DNA of 64,000 nucleotides from the human T2T-CHM13v2.0 reference genome, Homo sapiens: NCBI RefSeq assembly GCF_009914755.1, contig NC_060929.1, one strand, 5' to 3'. The translations under genes and the position numbers were made by a program. Position 1 is the first letter of the stretch; each line of letters starts with the position of its first letter. Below are positions 1 through 13,762 of the stretch, in pieces. The notes beneath the pieces are model-generated. The model saw nothing but the letters and a program-made list of their open reading frames with translations, did not search any database and was not told the origin of the DNA.

Positions 1-410
1 GTAAGTTCCCCTGGTGGTGTCTTTAAGGATCACTCCAACTGTGGAACTCACGCTGGGAGAGGCATGTGAAATTCAGGGACTTATTATACTCACAGATTCT
101 AGAGAGGGAGCCACAGCACACATGCAGAGGGCTGTGTAGGACCAGCTCCAAGGGATTGGGTTCAGCCAGGCAGGTGGGAGCTGAGAGAAAGTGAGAGCTG
201 GTGGCCAAGTGCCTTTATTGCTGAGTCAGGGTGGAGCAAAAGGCATGGGGGTATTTTACTGGTGCATTTGAATGTCAGTAGATCACAGTCAGGGAAGGCA
301 GGAAGGGGAACCTGGGGCAGAGGCCGGCCTTATCACACAGGTGCACCTGGTCTCCTGGGCCGTGAGAGACCGGGTCATGAGGATGCCTGTAAGGCATCAT
401 GAACATTTGA
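1..410 (-). mobile_element. Possible old ERVL-type solo LTR remnant
   Basis: LTR-like purine-rich composition with a minus-strand AATAAA (ctttattg ~213-220). Family not identified. Confidence 0.3.
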
Positions 411-1213
411 AGTTTTCAAAGTTTTTAAAAAATTCACAGTGTTGTGAATCAATGAACATAGCCAATTAGCATCAGGGAATACGGAGAAAATTCCACCAAG
501 AAGACTGAATAGTATAGAATTGCATTAATTGAGCAACTTAATAGGCAAGCTGTTCAGATCCAGGGCCTCAGGAAAAATGGCATTTCTTTCCTGGCAATTT
601 GTAACATTTTCCATCAGGCACCTCTCCTGTCCAGCAATAATTGTGTTTACTATTCAAGTTATTGTTTATTCTACGGTTTTTTGTTATTACTATTTCCCTT
701 GCATGGTTTTCTCATTACTTTAATGCTATTTGTTGTGGGCTAGAGGTTTTTTAATTATTATTCCTTTCCCTTGTATTTGCTTTTATGTGAAGGCTTTAAC
801 TTCAGGTGCTTCCTCGGATTGTTTGTAAAGCAGCCTTGCATTTCAGAAGAGCGCTGAGGTGTCTGGGTTTTTTTCTGTTTTGACACTGGCTTCTCAGATG
901 GCTTATTTGGGCTGAGCTTGAGGCCTCAACCTGCAGCAGAAAACACACCAGAGCCGTAGTTGTTAGGTAATGCGTATTTAATAGCTATTAGAAATGACAA
1001 CTCCTGCTGCTGAACAGCTGTCACTGGAGGCCCAGAAATGCCACAACCACGGGAACATAAAGTCTTCTCTCTGGGGGTTGGTTTCAGCTCCTACCCAGCT
1101 TCTGTGGAGCTTTAAAAAAGAAAAAAACAGGAATCTTGCCATTTTTCTCCCGTTAACTGGCAAATGTTCCCACCACCAAATTCCTCATGGCTACATGCCA
1201 GCACTAAAAACAA

Positions 1214-1238
1214 ATCATCATCATCATCATCATCATCA
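1214..1238. repeat. (ATC)n trinucleotide microsatellite, about 8 units
   Basis: aatcatcatcatcatcatcatcatca; source of the poly-His in spurious ORF 994..1287. Confidence 0.9.
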
Positions 1239-1239
1239 G

Positions 1240-1470
1240 AGCTGGCATTTATTGAGTTCTTACTATATACGCCAACCACCGTGCTGAACAACTACATAAT
1301 TATGTCATTGAATCATCAGTAGCCCTCATTTATAGACGATTATCATCCCCTTTTATAGATGTGGAAAATGAGGCACACAGAGTTTAAGTAACTTGCTCAA
1401 AATCACTGAGCAAGTAAGTGGAATTGTTGGGATTCCAACCAGGCAGTCTGGCCTGGACTTTCAACACTAG
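1240..1470 (-). mobile_element. MIR SINE
   Basis: MIR core: cccctttatagatgtggaaaatgaggcacacagagtttaagtaacttgctcaaaatcac...gggattccaaccaggcagtctgg. Confidence 0.75.
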
Positions 1471-1648
1471 ACTAGCCATGAGACTGACCTCAGAGGTGAG
1501 GCATAAAGGAATTTTGTCTTTGCAGGCAGCTTGTGCGATGGTTACACACTAGAATTCTGAGTTTGAACCCAAGTAAACTTTTCAGGAGAGGAAACAGGAG
1601 TTTCCCAGGTAGAAAGTGGGAGAGCCAGAGTTTGAAACAAAAGCCCCT

Positions 1649-1976
<328 letters not shown>

Positions 1977-3169
1977 TTACCCTCTCTCTTCCCAGCCGCC
2001 AGGCACGTTCCATCACCTTCCTCTTCCCACCACCTGCCAACTCCTGTTCCGATGACCTCCAACAATTTCTGCTCCATTTTTCCTCTCTATCCTTACAGCT
2101 GGATTTTTCTATATAAATATTAAGTTGTGGGAGCCACTGCCCTGCTCACTCGGCTACCAACCTCTCCATGATGGTATTTCTCCTCCCCACCTCCAGAGTT
2201 CTCCAGAGTTCTCCCAAAGCTCTTAGGGGCATGTCACTACTGTCCTCAAACACCTTCAGTGGCTCCCAGTCACCTCCCACAATGGTTATAAAAGCTTTGG
2301 TTTAAAGACATGGATCTGAAGAGATTGTTACCAATGTGTATTTCCAGGTTTCTCCCCCATGCCAGCCAATCTGACTTGTAGGACTGGTGTGCAGCTCAGG
2401 AAGACCCCTTTTTAGCAAGCCTCCTGGGGGGGGGGTCTGATGCAGGTGGTCAGGGGCCACATTCCGAGAATGAAGATCACATTTCTTAGAATGATGTCCA
2501 AGGTCATCCACGATCTAAACTGCTCTCGCACTGTCACCTCCCACTGAGGCCTGAACACTCACTCTAAGTTCCCAGTAGTCACCCCTCATAAAGTGTGAGG
2601 CCCTGCTTCTTCCTCTTTGCTCAGGCTGATTTTTCAGCTGGAATGTTCTCATCAATCCCAGCCTTTCCTATCAAACTGCTGCTCATCATGGAAAGCCATG
2701 CTCACAGGTCACCACCTCCCTGAAGCACCCTCAGATATGACCCTGCAGTCACCTGGGCTTGGCAACATCGCAGCAGTGGCCCCTGCCACATGCCGGCCAT
2801 CTCCTATCCAGGTGGTTCTCCTGCTGATGACAAGCTTCCAGCAGTCCCCTTTGTACCTCCCTGTATTTAGTTTGGTACCTAGGACAAAATATGTGCCTGC
2901 TAAATGTCTGGTTACTTGAATAGAGGAAGCAAGGCTTATAAAGATGAAATATGGCTTGAAAATGTCACAAGAACCAAAGCAAGTGCTAAAGAACAAGGTT
3001 CTAATTTGTCGGATCAATCATGCAGCAATAAATCAGCCACCTTTGAGGCATGGAGGGAGGGCATGAGCAAAGGAAGGAAAGAAGGAGGAATGAAAAAAGA
3101 ATGAAAGAAAAGTTTACAGAAAAGAAATGCCATTTATTCCACAATTTACGTGCATTATGTCATAATAGC

Positions 3170-3550
3170 CAAGTGATTAAGAAGGAAAGCTGTAGAGTTT
3201 GAATTTGCTAGGTTTGAATTATTGCTGCTCTAGTTAACTGAACCCATTTTAGAAAATTACTTAACCCCTCTGAGCCTCGGTTTTCTCATCTGTAAAATGG
3301 AGACAACAGCCATATTACCTATTACATTGCTGTGAGGTCCAAAAAGTAAATACATGGAAACTTTGTAGAACCATGCTTGGCACGTATTAAATGTTAGCTA
3401 GTATCCACCTTCACAACAAGCCTTTGCAATCATTCATTGTTATTATTCCTATTTTACAGTAAAAGAAACAAAGACTTAGAGAAAGTAAGCTACTTCCCCA
3501 AGGTTACATAGCAGGGCCACGTCTGCCTGGTTCTGAAGCTTGTGGCCCTG
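3170..3550. mobile_element. Two MIR fragments in opposite orientation
   Basis: cttaacccctctgagcctcggttttctcatctgtaaaatgg (+) and attttacagtaaaagaaacaaagacttagagaaagtaagctacttccccaagg (-). Confidence 0.65.
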
Positions 3551-4384
3551 ATAGCCATCCAAAAGAGAGATGTGGCAGGAAGACCCCCCAAATCCAGGGC
3601 AGTGTGACCACTCCTGAAGTCCCCAACAATAAGTACTGCCAGCAGCTGGGGCTCTCTGAGCCCCCTCTGGCTCTGTCTCACAATATGCTCTCCTGTCTCC
3701 CTTTAATAGACATCTTCCTCTGCACCGCGGAGAACAATGACAAAGCTCTTAGTCCCCTCCCTGAGGGTAGCTGGTCCTCCCCGTCACCAGGAATACTTCC
3801 CTCAGAGCTTCCTTCTCTCTCCATGAAGGAGGCTCGGGTCTCAGCTGTCCTTCCTGAGACAGCCAGGGCTGCATCCTAGCTCCTTCAAACCTTCCATCAT
3901 TCATACCCATCTCCTTCTACCACCCCATCTTGCCCTGAAATCCTCATTAATGCAGACAGGCCATGGACCATGACTGCTGCCCAAAAGAACGTCCCTCAGC
4001 ACACTGCAGCTGGATGGCCAGATCCCACCTCTCTTTCCTCCCACCCCTGACCTAAAGAAACATACAGGGATTCTTTGGCAGCAAAGGCCCAGAAGCAGGA
4101 GCTTGAAGCAGGTGCACTTGGTATATGCTTTGCAGACAGCAACTGAGCAGACACCCTTGGCAAAGTCACTTTTGATAAAATAGCGTAAGAAGAATCGCCA
4201 CCGCCTATTGAAGATCAACTACATGCTGGGCACTGTGCAAAGGGTTTTAAGTGAATCCTCTCATTTCATCCTTGTGTCATACGTCATGATCGTCTCCGTT
4301 TCACAGCTAAAGAAACTGAATCTCAGAGAGATTCAAGACCCTTGCCCAGGTATGGTTTTTGAACTATGTTCTTACCCACTGGAT

Positions 4385-4600
4385 TAGTGATACCCACACT
4401 GGAGCCCTTGTTGGAATCATCTGTTAACACACAGATTGCTGGGCTCCACCCGGAATTTCTGATTCAGTAGGTCTGGGGTACTAGCATCAGGATTTTGTTA
4501 AATATCCAAATGCTCAGGCCTCACGCCAGACGTTCTGAGTCAGAAGCTGCATTCTAACAGGGTCCCCAGATGACTCCCATGCACATTCAAGTTTGAGTCT
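4385..4600. mobile_element. MER5-type (hAT-Charlie) DNA transposon remnants
   Basis: cacagattgctgggctccacccggaatttctgattcagtaggtctgggg and gcattctaacagggtccccagatgactcc motifs. Confidence 0.6.
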
Positions 4601-6649
4601 AGATAAATTGCCCTTGAACTTTGCTTGGACTGCCCAAAGAGAACAGAGATCGAGGCAGTCGCATCACTTTTGACCTCTCATCCCCCTAGCTTGCCAGGCA
4701 GGCATGGAGGAGCCCTTTCCTCCCCAGTTTGGAAGTTGCAGTGCACATTATTTGGTGGCCACGTGCAAGTCCATGCCTGCAAGCTCCAAAACGCGGCAGC
4801 TCCTGATGTTTCTCATGGCAGTTGCGTTACCAAACAGAAATCACTTCGCGGGGCTTCAGTCCGTCAGCCCTCCCCCAAGTTAAATTGCTTCTGAGATTAA
4901 GAACCCTTCTTTTTTTTTTTTTTTTTTTTCCTTTTTAAACTACTAGATAAGTAGCAGAGCAGCCCTGGAAGGCAGAATGTCTAACCCTAGGGAAACTTGT
5001 ACATGTGATGCACACAGAGCTAGGGGAATCCTGTGGTTTATGGGAAAAACTTTCGTGCTGGGAAATAAACCAGTCTTTAGAAAGAGGTCAGCTGGGATGG
5101 GGGACAGGGAAAGGGTGCTTTACCCTGTCTTGTCTCTCTACAAAGTGACCAGTTGGAATAGTTTTCTCCCAGTGAAAACAGTGATAATAAAATCCTATCT
5201 AGTGATGACTATGTGCCAGGCTCTGTGCACAGCACTTTACATCATTATCTCATTTCCTCCCTTTGGAAACACTATGGGGTAAGTCCTGCAGAATTCTTAT
5301 CCCACTTCAAAGATAAAGCAATCGAGGCTGAAAGCAAAGTGTCCATAGTCACACAGCTGGCAAAAACAAGGGAAGGAAGAAAGGAAATTCAGGCTGTCTA
5401 ACTCCCGTAAGCCTACACCATGCCCAGAACCATTCTGCCTGCTGAGAGACAGCATTGGATGAAACAGACCCCCCATGCCTTCAAGAAGCTTCCATGCTTG
5501 CGGGTAATAGGACACCAACAACTTGCAAATTCATCTTGATGCTCCAATTACAACAAAAGCGTAAACCTCCTTCAGTCTGGACTTGAGCTGCAGAAAAGCT
5601 TACTGTGTACTCCGAAGAATTTAAATATTCATTATGTAATTAATGCTGTTCAGTCTCACACACACATACACACACAAAAACTGAGACTTTTTTAAAGAAC
5701 AGCTTAAGTACTTATCGATTGAGAACTTTTATAACTCTCAAAATGGAGGCATCCCCATATCTCTACAGGTATTTTAAATGAATTGAATTAATCATAGGCT
5801 TAAAAGTCTCTTGCGATCTTCGTTAACTTCCCTGGGTTTAATTAAAACATCTGTGCACTTTTAATTTATCGATTCATCCAACTCATATGTCATGTTTTTA
5901 ACACACCCCAGCATGCTCTGCATCATTTTTAACCCGATTTCCACTTAACTAAAGCAATTAAATTCACCCCGGATTAATTAAAGCATCCATACTTTCGTGC
6001 TTAAGTCAGCGTGTGCTTCTTTCCCCACATGGCTCCTGAATGTCAGAGATTTGACACACCTGATGAGTTTTTTGTCCTTCTGGAAATTCTTCCCTGAATC
6101 ACTTTCTTGCTTATTAATGTGCCATTTGACAGAATGGGAATGAGGAAGTTGGTGCAGCTGAACTTTGGCCCTCTGAGCCGGGGACTCTGACCCCATCTGT
6201 CAGAATGCACCATCTGGTTTCCTCTCTTCACGGGGGTCCTGCCGGCTCTTGCCCCCACTGAAACCAACTAAAGCGTCTGAGTACTCTGGGCAGGACGGTG
6301 GCAGGGGTTGGGGGAGGGCTGTTCAGGTCAGAGATGAGCATCACAGTCAGGATGGCTGGTGATCTTTGCATTTGTATTTCATAATCACTCCTAGCTCTCT
6401 TTCCAACTTCCTCTCTCTCTCTCCTTCCCTACATACACAGTCCTTTATTGCTCTGCCCATTTAATAGGTCAGGAAAACTGAGATGCCAAGGTCAACAGAC
6501 TTCCTGCTTGGGCACGGTGAGCCAGGGAGCTGTCCACAGAGTGACAAATCATCTCCCTGAAAACTAGATTTGATTTGCTGCCATCCACTGGGATGGAGAG
6601 AGCCCATCCCCTCAGCCATGGCAGCATTGGGTGTAAGCAGCCTTATTTT

Positions 6650-7530
6650 TTTCCCCGATCAGATAAGCCAAAAATATTTCTCATTATCATTTTTATCTGT
6701 ACTTACTTAATTTTGAAGGAAGCTGAGTATCTTGTCTTACCTTTATTGGCAACTTATATTATTTCTGATATGTGCTTTGCCTAGGTTTTCATTCATCTGT
6801 TTATTAATTTGCTAGAGTTCTTTGCGTATTTCAGATATCAAACGTTATGCTGTAAAACATGAGAAAAAAATATTTCTTCCCAGAGTTGCTTGTCCCTTAA
6901 TTTTGCTTAGGGTATCCTTTGTCACAGAGAAGATATTAATTCTTTATAATCAAATCTGATCCTCTGTTCCTTCATGGTTTCTAGAATTTATGTCTTACAT
7001 ATCTCCCTCCCAGGAAAATAAAATTAGTCTCCAGTATTTTTTCAAATACTTTGGTAGTTTTTGTTTTTCTGTTTAGGTCATTAATCTGTATGGAATTTTT
7101 TTTAACTTTAAGTTCAGGGGTGCAAGTGTGGGTTCGTTACATAGGTAAACTTGTGTCATGGGGGGTTGTTGTACAGATTATTCCATCACTCAGGTATTAA
7201 GCCTAGCGCCCACTAGTTATTTTTCCTGATCCTCTCTCTCCTCCCACCCTCTACCCTCCAGAAGGTCCCAGTATGTGTTTTTTCCCTGTATGTGTCCATG
7301 TGTTCTCATCATTTAGCTCCTACTTATGAGAATATACAATATTTGGTTTTCTGTTCGTTAGTTTGCTAAGGATAATGGCCTCCAGCTCCATCCATGTCCC
7401 TGCAAAGGACATGATCCCATTCCTTTTTATTGCTGCATAGTATGGAATTTATTTTTGAATACAGTGTGCAGTGGGCGGGGGGGGGGGGGGTCAAACTTTA
7501 TTACTTTTCTACCAGATGGATTGCCAATTG
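6650..7530 (-). mobile_element. Old L1M fragment interrupted by a younger L1 3' end
   Basis: Degenerate T-rich antisense L1-like sequence on both sides of the 7099-7439 insertion. Confidence 0.5.
7099..7439 (-). mobile_element. 5'-truncated older L1PA 3' UTR fragment with target-site duplication
   Basis: L1 3' end (agttcaggggtgcaagtgtgggttcgttacatagg...gcaaaggacatgatcccattcctttttattgctgcatag). Direct repeat GTATGGAATTT at 7088-7098 and 7440-7450. Confidence 0.8.
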
Positions 7531-7898
7531 CAGGGATCTTGCTAGAAGGGAAACTCACCTTTCTGACACTGGTTTGCTCAGCACCAAGCTAAGTCCACAA
7601 CCTCAAAAGCCAGTGGGGTTGCCTTTTGAGTTTTGGTTTGAGGGGTCACCGAGCTTTGTTTGCCTGGCCTCCATGACCTAAATATTACATCCTCAATTGC
7701 TTCAGGAGGATCAATGCATCTTCTTTTCTCCATCACTTATCCTCTACCACCTAACCAAGCTACTAACCCATGTGAGTTACTCATCACTATTGCTGACTAA
7801 CTGGGATATAAGGCAACCAACTATTAGTGCTATTTTGACGATTTGCCTGGAGTACTAGCTTCAAGTATTTTCACCTCTCTTTTCCAAAGAAATTTTCA

Positions 7899-8282
<384 letters not shown>

Positions 8283-9885
8283 CTACACATCTAGTCCAGC
8301 CCACAAATTATTTGTGCAGATGTAGGCATTTTCCCTCTGCTTTTATGACTGAGCCTCTCCAATATCCTTAACTTTTCTCCACGTATTCTCTTTACTGCAA
8401 GCTCCAAGTGGACAGGTGGCTTATCCTGTTACTTCCCACTGAGTAAATAACACTGATAATTCATCTCATCCCTTACAGAGAACTTTGTGGGGGCTGGGAG
8501 GGCGGGGGAGCTTCAGCTGGATCATTAAAATGAGCTTTATACCATTTAGGTGAATCTAAATTCTGTCATTTTTTTGTCATCAGCCTGTTAACTTGTCAGT
8601 TATTAGTGGTTGTGGTAATTTATTTTTCTTCTGTGGGAGTCTTAGAGCTTCCATTTACTAGATTTAGTAAAACAGGAATAGTCAATTTGTACAAACATTT
8701 TAATTAATTTTACATAGAAGCTTGAATGCACAATGTTCTGCTCCCGTAAGCCTTAGGAAGAAGAGAGACATGCGGAGACAGAAAACGCTCCACTTTCATA
8801 CCTGACCAATCACAACCAACTCCCTCCCACACCAGAAAAGACTGGAAGAAGAAAAAATGAAATCTTTCCATTAGTATGATTTGACATACGTCTGGTGATT
8901 GCTAGTGTTTGTGTGTGCGTGTTTGAGACCTATGGCATTTCTTTATTTTATTAGCCCTTGAAGTCAGATTAGAGATTCAGTTTGAAATTTTGTAAGGGAG
9001 CATCTCTTAATTTGCCTACCAAGTGTCAGCCACTCCTGTGAGCCATACATGTTACCTCACTGAACCCTTCCATCAATGCTGAAAGGCCATTTTTTGAAGG
9101 GGAAATTGGGTCTTTGAGAGGTGCAGTAATCTTGCCAAAATCCACAGCTGGTAAGGTACAGGTTTGGTTTCGAATCCAGGTCTTTCTGGCATCAAAACCC
9201 TTGCTACTTCCACTTCTGCTCCGTAATACTTCTTGGCACAGAGTAGGCAGTCAGTGTCATTTTTCTATAACCTGTCATAAAAAATAATGCAGCTTGCATG
9301 ATAGTAAAAATATAAGACTTATTAATACAGGAGGTTCCCCATTTCACATCCAGCCTCTTGAACAAAACATCAGCCTGACCTCAGATACTGGGATGCTCTG
9401 GGTTGAGTTATGTCTGAGAATGAATCAGTTGCCCCAGAGGGAAGGTGCTCTCCAATGCAGGACACCCCAGCCACCACTGGAGGGAGCTCATCTGGTGTTT
9501 CTGCACTCTGCCCCATGGCAACTGGATTACTATAAAGTCTCGCTCCTGTGATGAGCCGCCTTCCACTTCTTTGTATGGCATAAGCAAAGCCCATTGAGTG
9601 TCCTGCTTTCCAGTGAACATCACAGTGTTTTTGCATTTTTTACCACACTCCCAGTGAGCACGCGGCAAACCCTGAAGGAAGGCTGCGTTTGGAAGGTGGA
9701 GAACTCTGTGACCTATTTTTTATATTTTTCACTGAGTAATTTAAGTAGGTCAAATTTTAAATTTGATTTCCCAAGCACCTGGTTTTAAATAAAACCCATT
9801 CTTACCTTCTAGACAATCCTGTTTTTTTCTACTTGAAGTTTATGCAGAAGAGGAACAGTGTCACTATGAATAAAGAAAATAATTC

Positions 9886-10325
<440 letters not shown>

Positions 10326-12231
10326 TTATCTATATTTTTTATTGATTAAAAAAGACAAAAATTTTGCACCTTACTTTCTACCATCCTCCACCTTTTGGGA
10401 GGAAGGAGGATGTAATAGGAGACCAGTGTTGGTGATTTGATGTAACTTTCTCTGCCATCCGTGACAGCCCATCCAATCTATAACCCTTAGGTCAGAGAGT
10501 CAGAAACAGCCCTTGGAAGCTCATTTAAATACACGTTGTGCAACCATACTTCTCGCTGTTTTTTATTTCAGTGCAGGGCTGGAAGGGGGCTGAGAAGTGA
10601 TGTTGATTCTAGTCTTCCCACCAGGAAATACCTTCACTGTTACCTAGATCAGAAATGACAAGTAGGTTTTCTCTGGAATACCAACTCTGCCTGCTTGCCG
10701 GTCTCAGCCTGCACACTGCATTGACGGTTTCGAGGCTCTGTCTGGGCTCAGGGGAACAAGATGCCGTGATCAATTAGTGATGTCTGTAGAGGTGTGGGAA
10801 GGTAGTACTATAGATCATGTGCACACGCCTGCCATCCCAGACCTAGAGCTTAGCATGAGTCTCAGGAGGAACTGGCATGGAACAAACTTAACTCTGTCTT
10901 AAATCCCTCTCAAAACTTTAAGAAAGTTCAGAGTTTCTTGTGCTACTTCATATTTGCATGTTCCCTAATTCTTAATTGGGCACCCTGGGTTCAAAGCTCT
11001 TTTTCTACCCTCTGTTAGACAATCAGCCTCTGTAGCAACTCTGTACAAACTCCTCTGTTTAAGCATCCTGTAGATAGAGAGTATGATCCCTACATTTAGA
11101 CAGTTCGTCTAAATTCAATATGCGGCTTTGAAGTTCTCACTTTTGAACTCATTCTTCTCCTCTGGTAAATTCATAAGCATAAGAATTCTACTGAAAATAG
11201 CGCCCCCAGTAGTTATGGCAACTGTCCTATTATAAAGCATTTTGAGGGGAAATGACCCCTCAATCGTATGTCAACTATTGAGATACTTACATTTCAAATC
11301 AGTTTGCAATTAAGGTAAAACATGCACTTCCCCAGAAAAAGGCATTGTGTTTACAGCATGAGATTCACTCCAGGGACTGTTCTTCCCACGTCTTTCATAA
11401 ATGGCCATTTAGTGCTTGCCCGCAACCCCCCACCACTGGGAAATCTCTGAATATCAGGAACACAGGAGAAATGTTTACTTAATCAAGCCACCATTGATAA
11501 ACGTAGCAATGGAAGGAAATCAACAATGATAAACATAGTCCCTGTCTTGAATAGCTGACTATATATCTTTGGGAAATTAGACACGCACAGAGGAAAGTTA
11601 ATTACCATAAAAACTACATAGAAACATGACAACAAAAGGGGATTCATGAGGCTGGGTGGGGCAGGTGACTAGGAAGTGACATGATTAGGTATGCCATCGC
11701 TGAGTGGCACAGGGCGCTCACCCGGGTTGTAGATGTGTGTACACACACATGCAGAATTCTCGGAACCTGTGCATTCCAAACCATGGATAACACCAGGAGT
11801 CACTGAAACACCTGCATCCGTCATTTCTGAAGGCCTCTAATGCCACTTCCATAGCCGGAGGATTTTAGGCCCAAATTTGAAGGCAGGTTGGAAAGTTAGG
11901 CTCTTTACAAACTGATGCGGAAATGAGAAGTCCAAGACCTGAAGGAGACCGACCACTGAAATCCCATTCTTGATGAACTCTGAAAGGTGGGAATTGGCAC
12001 ATTTGAGGCCAAACTGATTAAAGCTGTAGGTAATCTCCTCCCAGACAATCCCCACTGATTTTCCAACCTTCTTCTCACCAACAGATGGAAGAGGGTACAG
12101 CTGATGGGCGAACTACTAGAAATTTCATGCCTTCAGCCTGCCTGCTCCCTTTTCTTTTTTTTCTAATAAGTCAAGCATATTTAATCGTTATGCTTTATTA
12201 CACATGTTACACTTTGAAGGAGGCACAATGA

Positions 12232-12550
12232 CAGTAGTCCCTCCTTATCCTCAGGGGATACATTCCAAGACCCCCTGTGTGTACCTGAAACCACAAATGG
12301 TACAAACCCTACACATACCATGTTTTCCCTACACATGCATATCTAGGACAAAGGTTAATTTATCAGTTAGGCCCAGTAAGAGATTAACAATAATAATAAA
12401 ATAGAACAATTAAAGCAGTAGCTGTAACATAAATTATGTGGATGTAATTTCTCTAAATTCCTTATTGTACCATATTCACCTATTTTCAGACAGCAGTTGA
12501 CCATGGGTAACTGAAACTGAAAGTGAAACCGCGGATACAGGGGGACTACT
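12232..12550 (-). mobile_element. MER44A-like (TcMar-Tigger) MITE
   Basis: Terminal inverted repeats CAGTAGTCCCTCCTTATCC ... GGATACAGGGGGACTACT; internal sequence matches the recalled MER44 consensus. Confidence 0.8.
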
Positions 12551-12814
12551 TCATTTCTTCATGGTATAGATAAAACTGAGGCAGTGAGACTTTCAGTGGC
12601 TCAGCTGTGTCTCATCCCCACTTCCTTTTTAATAGGCATAAACTTATTAGGAATAAGAGTCGACTGATCTGAGGGTAAAATAATCAGCAAAATGGATTCT
12701 GATCTCCAATACCAACAACAGAACAACCATAAGGACGTCAGTGTCGCTTAGTGAAGGGTACCACTTCAAAGTTGGGCCAACCTGGTTCCCAGCCGGGCTC
12801 CCCTGCTTGTGGGC

Positions 12815-12990
12815 TGTGTGACTGGACACGTCACTTCCCCTGTCTGAGCCTCACCTGCAAAAATGGGGACCATGACTGTAGCCTCCACCTCATAGGGTGA
12901 TTACGATGATGAAGTCATGAATTGCACATAAAGCCTTCTTTCTATACCGTGCCCAGCACATAACAAGCATTTAATTGGTGGTAGCTGCTG
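12815..12990 (+). mobile_element. MIR SINE just upstream of the EGF2-3 exon
   Basis: tgtgactggacacgtcacttcccctgtctgagcctcacctgcaaaaatgggg...cccagcacataacaagc. Confidence 0.6.
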
Positions 12991-13141
12991 TTATCAGTAG
13001 CACTTGTGTTGTTTATCTGGCAATGGTTCTGCACCTGCACAGCCAGAGTCCCCAGCCTAGAACACTGTAAGCCAAGCCCCAAGGCCAGACAGCTCTACCT
13101 CCTTAGACTGCCATAGCCCCTCGGATGCTGGCCCTTCGTGA

Positions 13142-13429
<288 letters not shown>

Positions 13430-13599
13430 TAATGAGCCCAGTCCTGGGCTGCGTGTTTTGCAAGAGAAGTTTCAACATTTTGCACAAAACAACTTCAAAC
13501 TCCTTTGCTTTGATAAATTTCTTTGGTTGTAGAACAAGAAAAGCCTATGGAGATGGTTCTGGAAGAAACGTTTTGTTTTACTCTCCTTTGTAGAAATTG

Positions 13600-13762
13600 A
13601 TTCCTTTTCTCTTTCACCTTTGTTTTTCTCTTTAAATTGCTCTCTCTGCCTTTGTCTTTCTGTCTTCTCTTTCCTTCTACTCCTCCTCCCCTTCCTTCTC
13701 TTTCTTTTCCTCTTTTGTTCCTTTCCCTCGCCCTATCTTTCTTCCTCTTTTCTCCTGCTTTA
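13600..13762. repeat. CT-rich polypyrimidine low-complexity tract
   Basis: About 160 nt almost entirely C/T, ~240 nt downstream of the EGF2-3 donor. Confidence 0.8.

Noticed and set aside
1-6. GTAAGT at the very start looks like a splice donor
   Set aside because: The upstream sequence is not visible and what follows looks like an LTR remnant, so it cannot be supported as the donor of the preceding exon.
2191-2214. Tandem duplication CTCCAGAGTT x2
   Set aside because: Small slippage duplication in old repeat-derived sequence, with no sign of function.
11198-11215. Partial CTCF-like motif (reverse strand GGGGGCGCTA); similar near-matches at ~29700 and ~51880
   Set aside because: Key positions of the core mismatch, and such partial matches are expected by chance in 64 kb.
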